Of a stretch of DNA of 64,000 bases, positions 61,656 to 64,000 are shown one piece after another; position 1 is the first letter of the stretch, and each line of letters starts with the position of its first letter. Both the position numbers and the translations under genes were made by a program. The notes below the pieces were generated by a model that was not told where the DNA came from, searched no databases, and saw only the letters and a list, made by a program, of their open reading frames with translations. The DNA comes from Narcine bancroftii (Eukaryota), in assembly GCF_036971445.1 (NCBI RefSeq), contig NC_091479.1:75516001-75580000 (forward strand), written 5' to 3'.

Positions 61656-64000
61656 ACAATCACAATGTCTGTAGACTTTAGTGTTTCACTCTTTTCTATA
61701 ATTAATGCAACAATGAACAACTTAGATGATTCATTGCTGTGCATTTTGTTTTTGCAATCATCTCTCAAGGAACAACACTTGCCGGATAATGGGTTCTTTT
61801 GAACAGTGTCTTCCTATCATTGGGCTTCTGACTCATTGCAGAGGTTACAACAGATATCTATGGCTTTAAGAGCAGGCAACATAGTAGACTATCTCAACCT
61901 GTTTGACAAGGGGCATGCATAAAATAAGGTGGAACAGAGAAAACAAAAGATAAACTAATTTCCAAAATTAAAATCATTTAAATGACAATTTCAGTGTTAG
62001 TGATGTCTTTTTGACAGTTTAAAGAAACATCCCATAATCTTGAATGTATCAATTCTAATTTCTCCTCTATAAAATTATGCAAATTCATTGCTCCTCATGC
62101 ATTTGCTACCATATGAGGTCAGCTTCTGGAGGAACAGAGCGATGTCTGGATCTGTCTCCAACCTCACTTGTCACACTCTTGAACGAGCTCCCAATTTATC
62201 CCAGAACAACAGTAATTGCTGTTGGCTTCACTGTAATCAGTTACACAAAATCCTGTGCTGCATACTTTCCAAAGAAACTGTTTATACACTGAAAATCAAG
62301 CTATTGCCACCCAATTTAAAGCCTTGATGTATCTGGATGCAAGTTGAATTGCATCTTGTATGGAATTAGTTGAAACCAAAAGGCAGGAATTGTTTTCAAA
62401 AGTTCCCTTTGTTTATTTTATCCTTTCTTAAGAGATTGTGAACATGTCCACAGTGAAAGAACAATCCCTGAGGAAAGGGGAACCTGTGAATAAAGTAGGA
62501 TTTATTTGTGGATTTGTGGATTTTAAAACACTGACTTCTGATTCACTAACCTCTCTCTCTGGCCCTTGTCATTTAGTGAAAGATTAATTGAGGTGCCACA
62601 GTAATTCTTACTATAATAAATAATCTGTTGCTATCAACATTCTTCATTGCTGTCAATAGAATTACCAACTCCTGTAACATTACATGGCTTCTGTGGAGGA
62701 TCGGGGTTGATCCTCGATCCAGGTTCTGGGGTGAGGTCTCAGTCAGAAGTTTACTCCTGAGGAATGGAGGACATTTCTTTTGCTAATTCCCTGTGGGAGG
62801 TTTGTCACCTCCGCAGAGGATTTAGGAGCTCCCCGAATGTACAAATACATGGGTTTGTATACCCTGCCCCAATCTGATTTTAACCAATCACAAAACTGGC
62901 TTTGCCCATATGACAAGCATTACCCATCAGCATTACGCTACACACTATTCATCTACAAATTGCATCATTTTGTGGACCAATCACAGAAACAGGTTCCCCT
63001 TTCCTCAGGGATTGTTCTTGCAGGTGACGTGATCTAGGAAACTCCAGGTTAGTGGAAAATTTACCAGCTTGGCATAAGTCATGGGGCCCCTCACTTCTCT
63101 GAATATTTACAACCCTCTGCATTCTTATACAAAGCAGCAAGGCAGATGTAGGCATTAATTAATATTGATCAATCTACATCAGTCACACCCTTATTTCTTG
63201 CTTTCAACTTTGCCATCCCATTTCCGTACTGTAAATTGTTATATGTTATATGGTTATGTTGGTAATAAATTATGCCAGGTACTCTGTGAGGCAACTGCTG
63301 TAGCTACAATCCTTCCTGCTTGAGAACTCCACTCTCTCTGATGCATTCACACAATGCAACATCTTCAGCAGAATCTCTTCCCACAAGTCACCCTGATGGG
63401 AAAGCTTGGCTTTCAGTCAGATGGGAATCGCTGTGAAGAAAGAAACGGGCCAAGGTAACAGATGTCTGATCCTAGCGGAGGTGGGGGGAGTTATGCCGTA
63501 GTTGGTGGTCTGTAGTGGGGGCTGACAGTCTGTCAGGTGGCTCAGGATCCATAAACAGTGGTATATAATCACTTAGTTCTCCCCAAGCTATTCTTAATTT
63601 CCTTTAAGCCAATGGGGTTTCCAAAGCCAGAAATACAACTGTCCTCCACACTAAAATGTGCAGTAGCAGAAAGTTAAAGCTTCCTTTGCATTCTTATCAT
63701 GACATTTTGCCTTCAGAGTGTTTGTTTGGTTACCTTACTCCAGTTTAACATTTGTAAAGCATGTTGCAGTAAAAATCTGATGTTCTGCTACCTGACTATT
63801 TGCAGATTCGATTGGGTTGATGTATGTCTTGTCAGGTTATGCTTTGTCATACTCCCTACTCAGTGGACCCCTCGTTCATGAACTACCTTCAAACTTACCT
63901 GATTCACTCGAAAATTTATAATAAAACTGCCTAACATATAAAGCTGAATTTAAAAGTACATGGGGGGGGAGGGGGTATGAAGAGAAATAGCATCTGATCA

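Overview
Vertebrate genomic DNA. The repeat repertoire (V-SINE, Rex1/Babar, CR1, Penelope, RTE) suggests a cartilaginous fish, but this is an inference. The window lies inside a + strand BICD1 gene: two coding exons (22729-22941 and 59019-59171) are separated by a ~36 kb intron, and everything else is intronic and dense in transposon relics. Most ORF-track entries are TE fragments or noise. The standout is a 3.9 kb Gypsy LTR element at 8505-12405, bounded by TG...CA ends and a 5-bp target duplication (ATGAT/ATGAC). It carries two intron-free host-gene fragments, one from nucleoporin TPR and one from liprin-alpha (PPFIA), the latter sitting where integrase should be. Its U5-PBS-gag-pol core is inverted relative to its own LTRs and PPT, with a 23-bp inverted duplication at the breakpoints. 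Also present: a 5S rRNA-headed SINE-like repeat, near-identical RTE LINE copies, a 42/43-bp minisatellite complex, Penelope fragments with hammerhead-like motifs, a hAT/Buster fossil and several MITEs. Protein identifications are by recall of family sequences, not database search, and TE boundaries are approximate unless termini are quoted.
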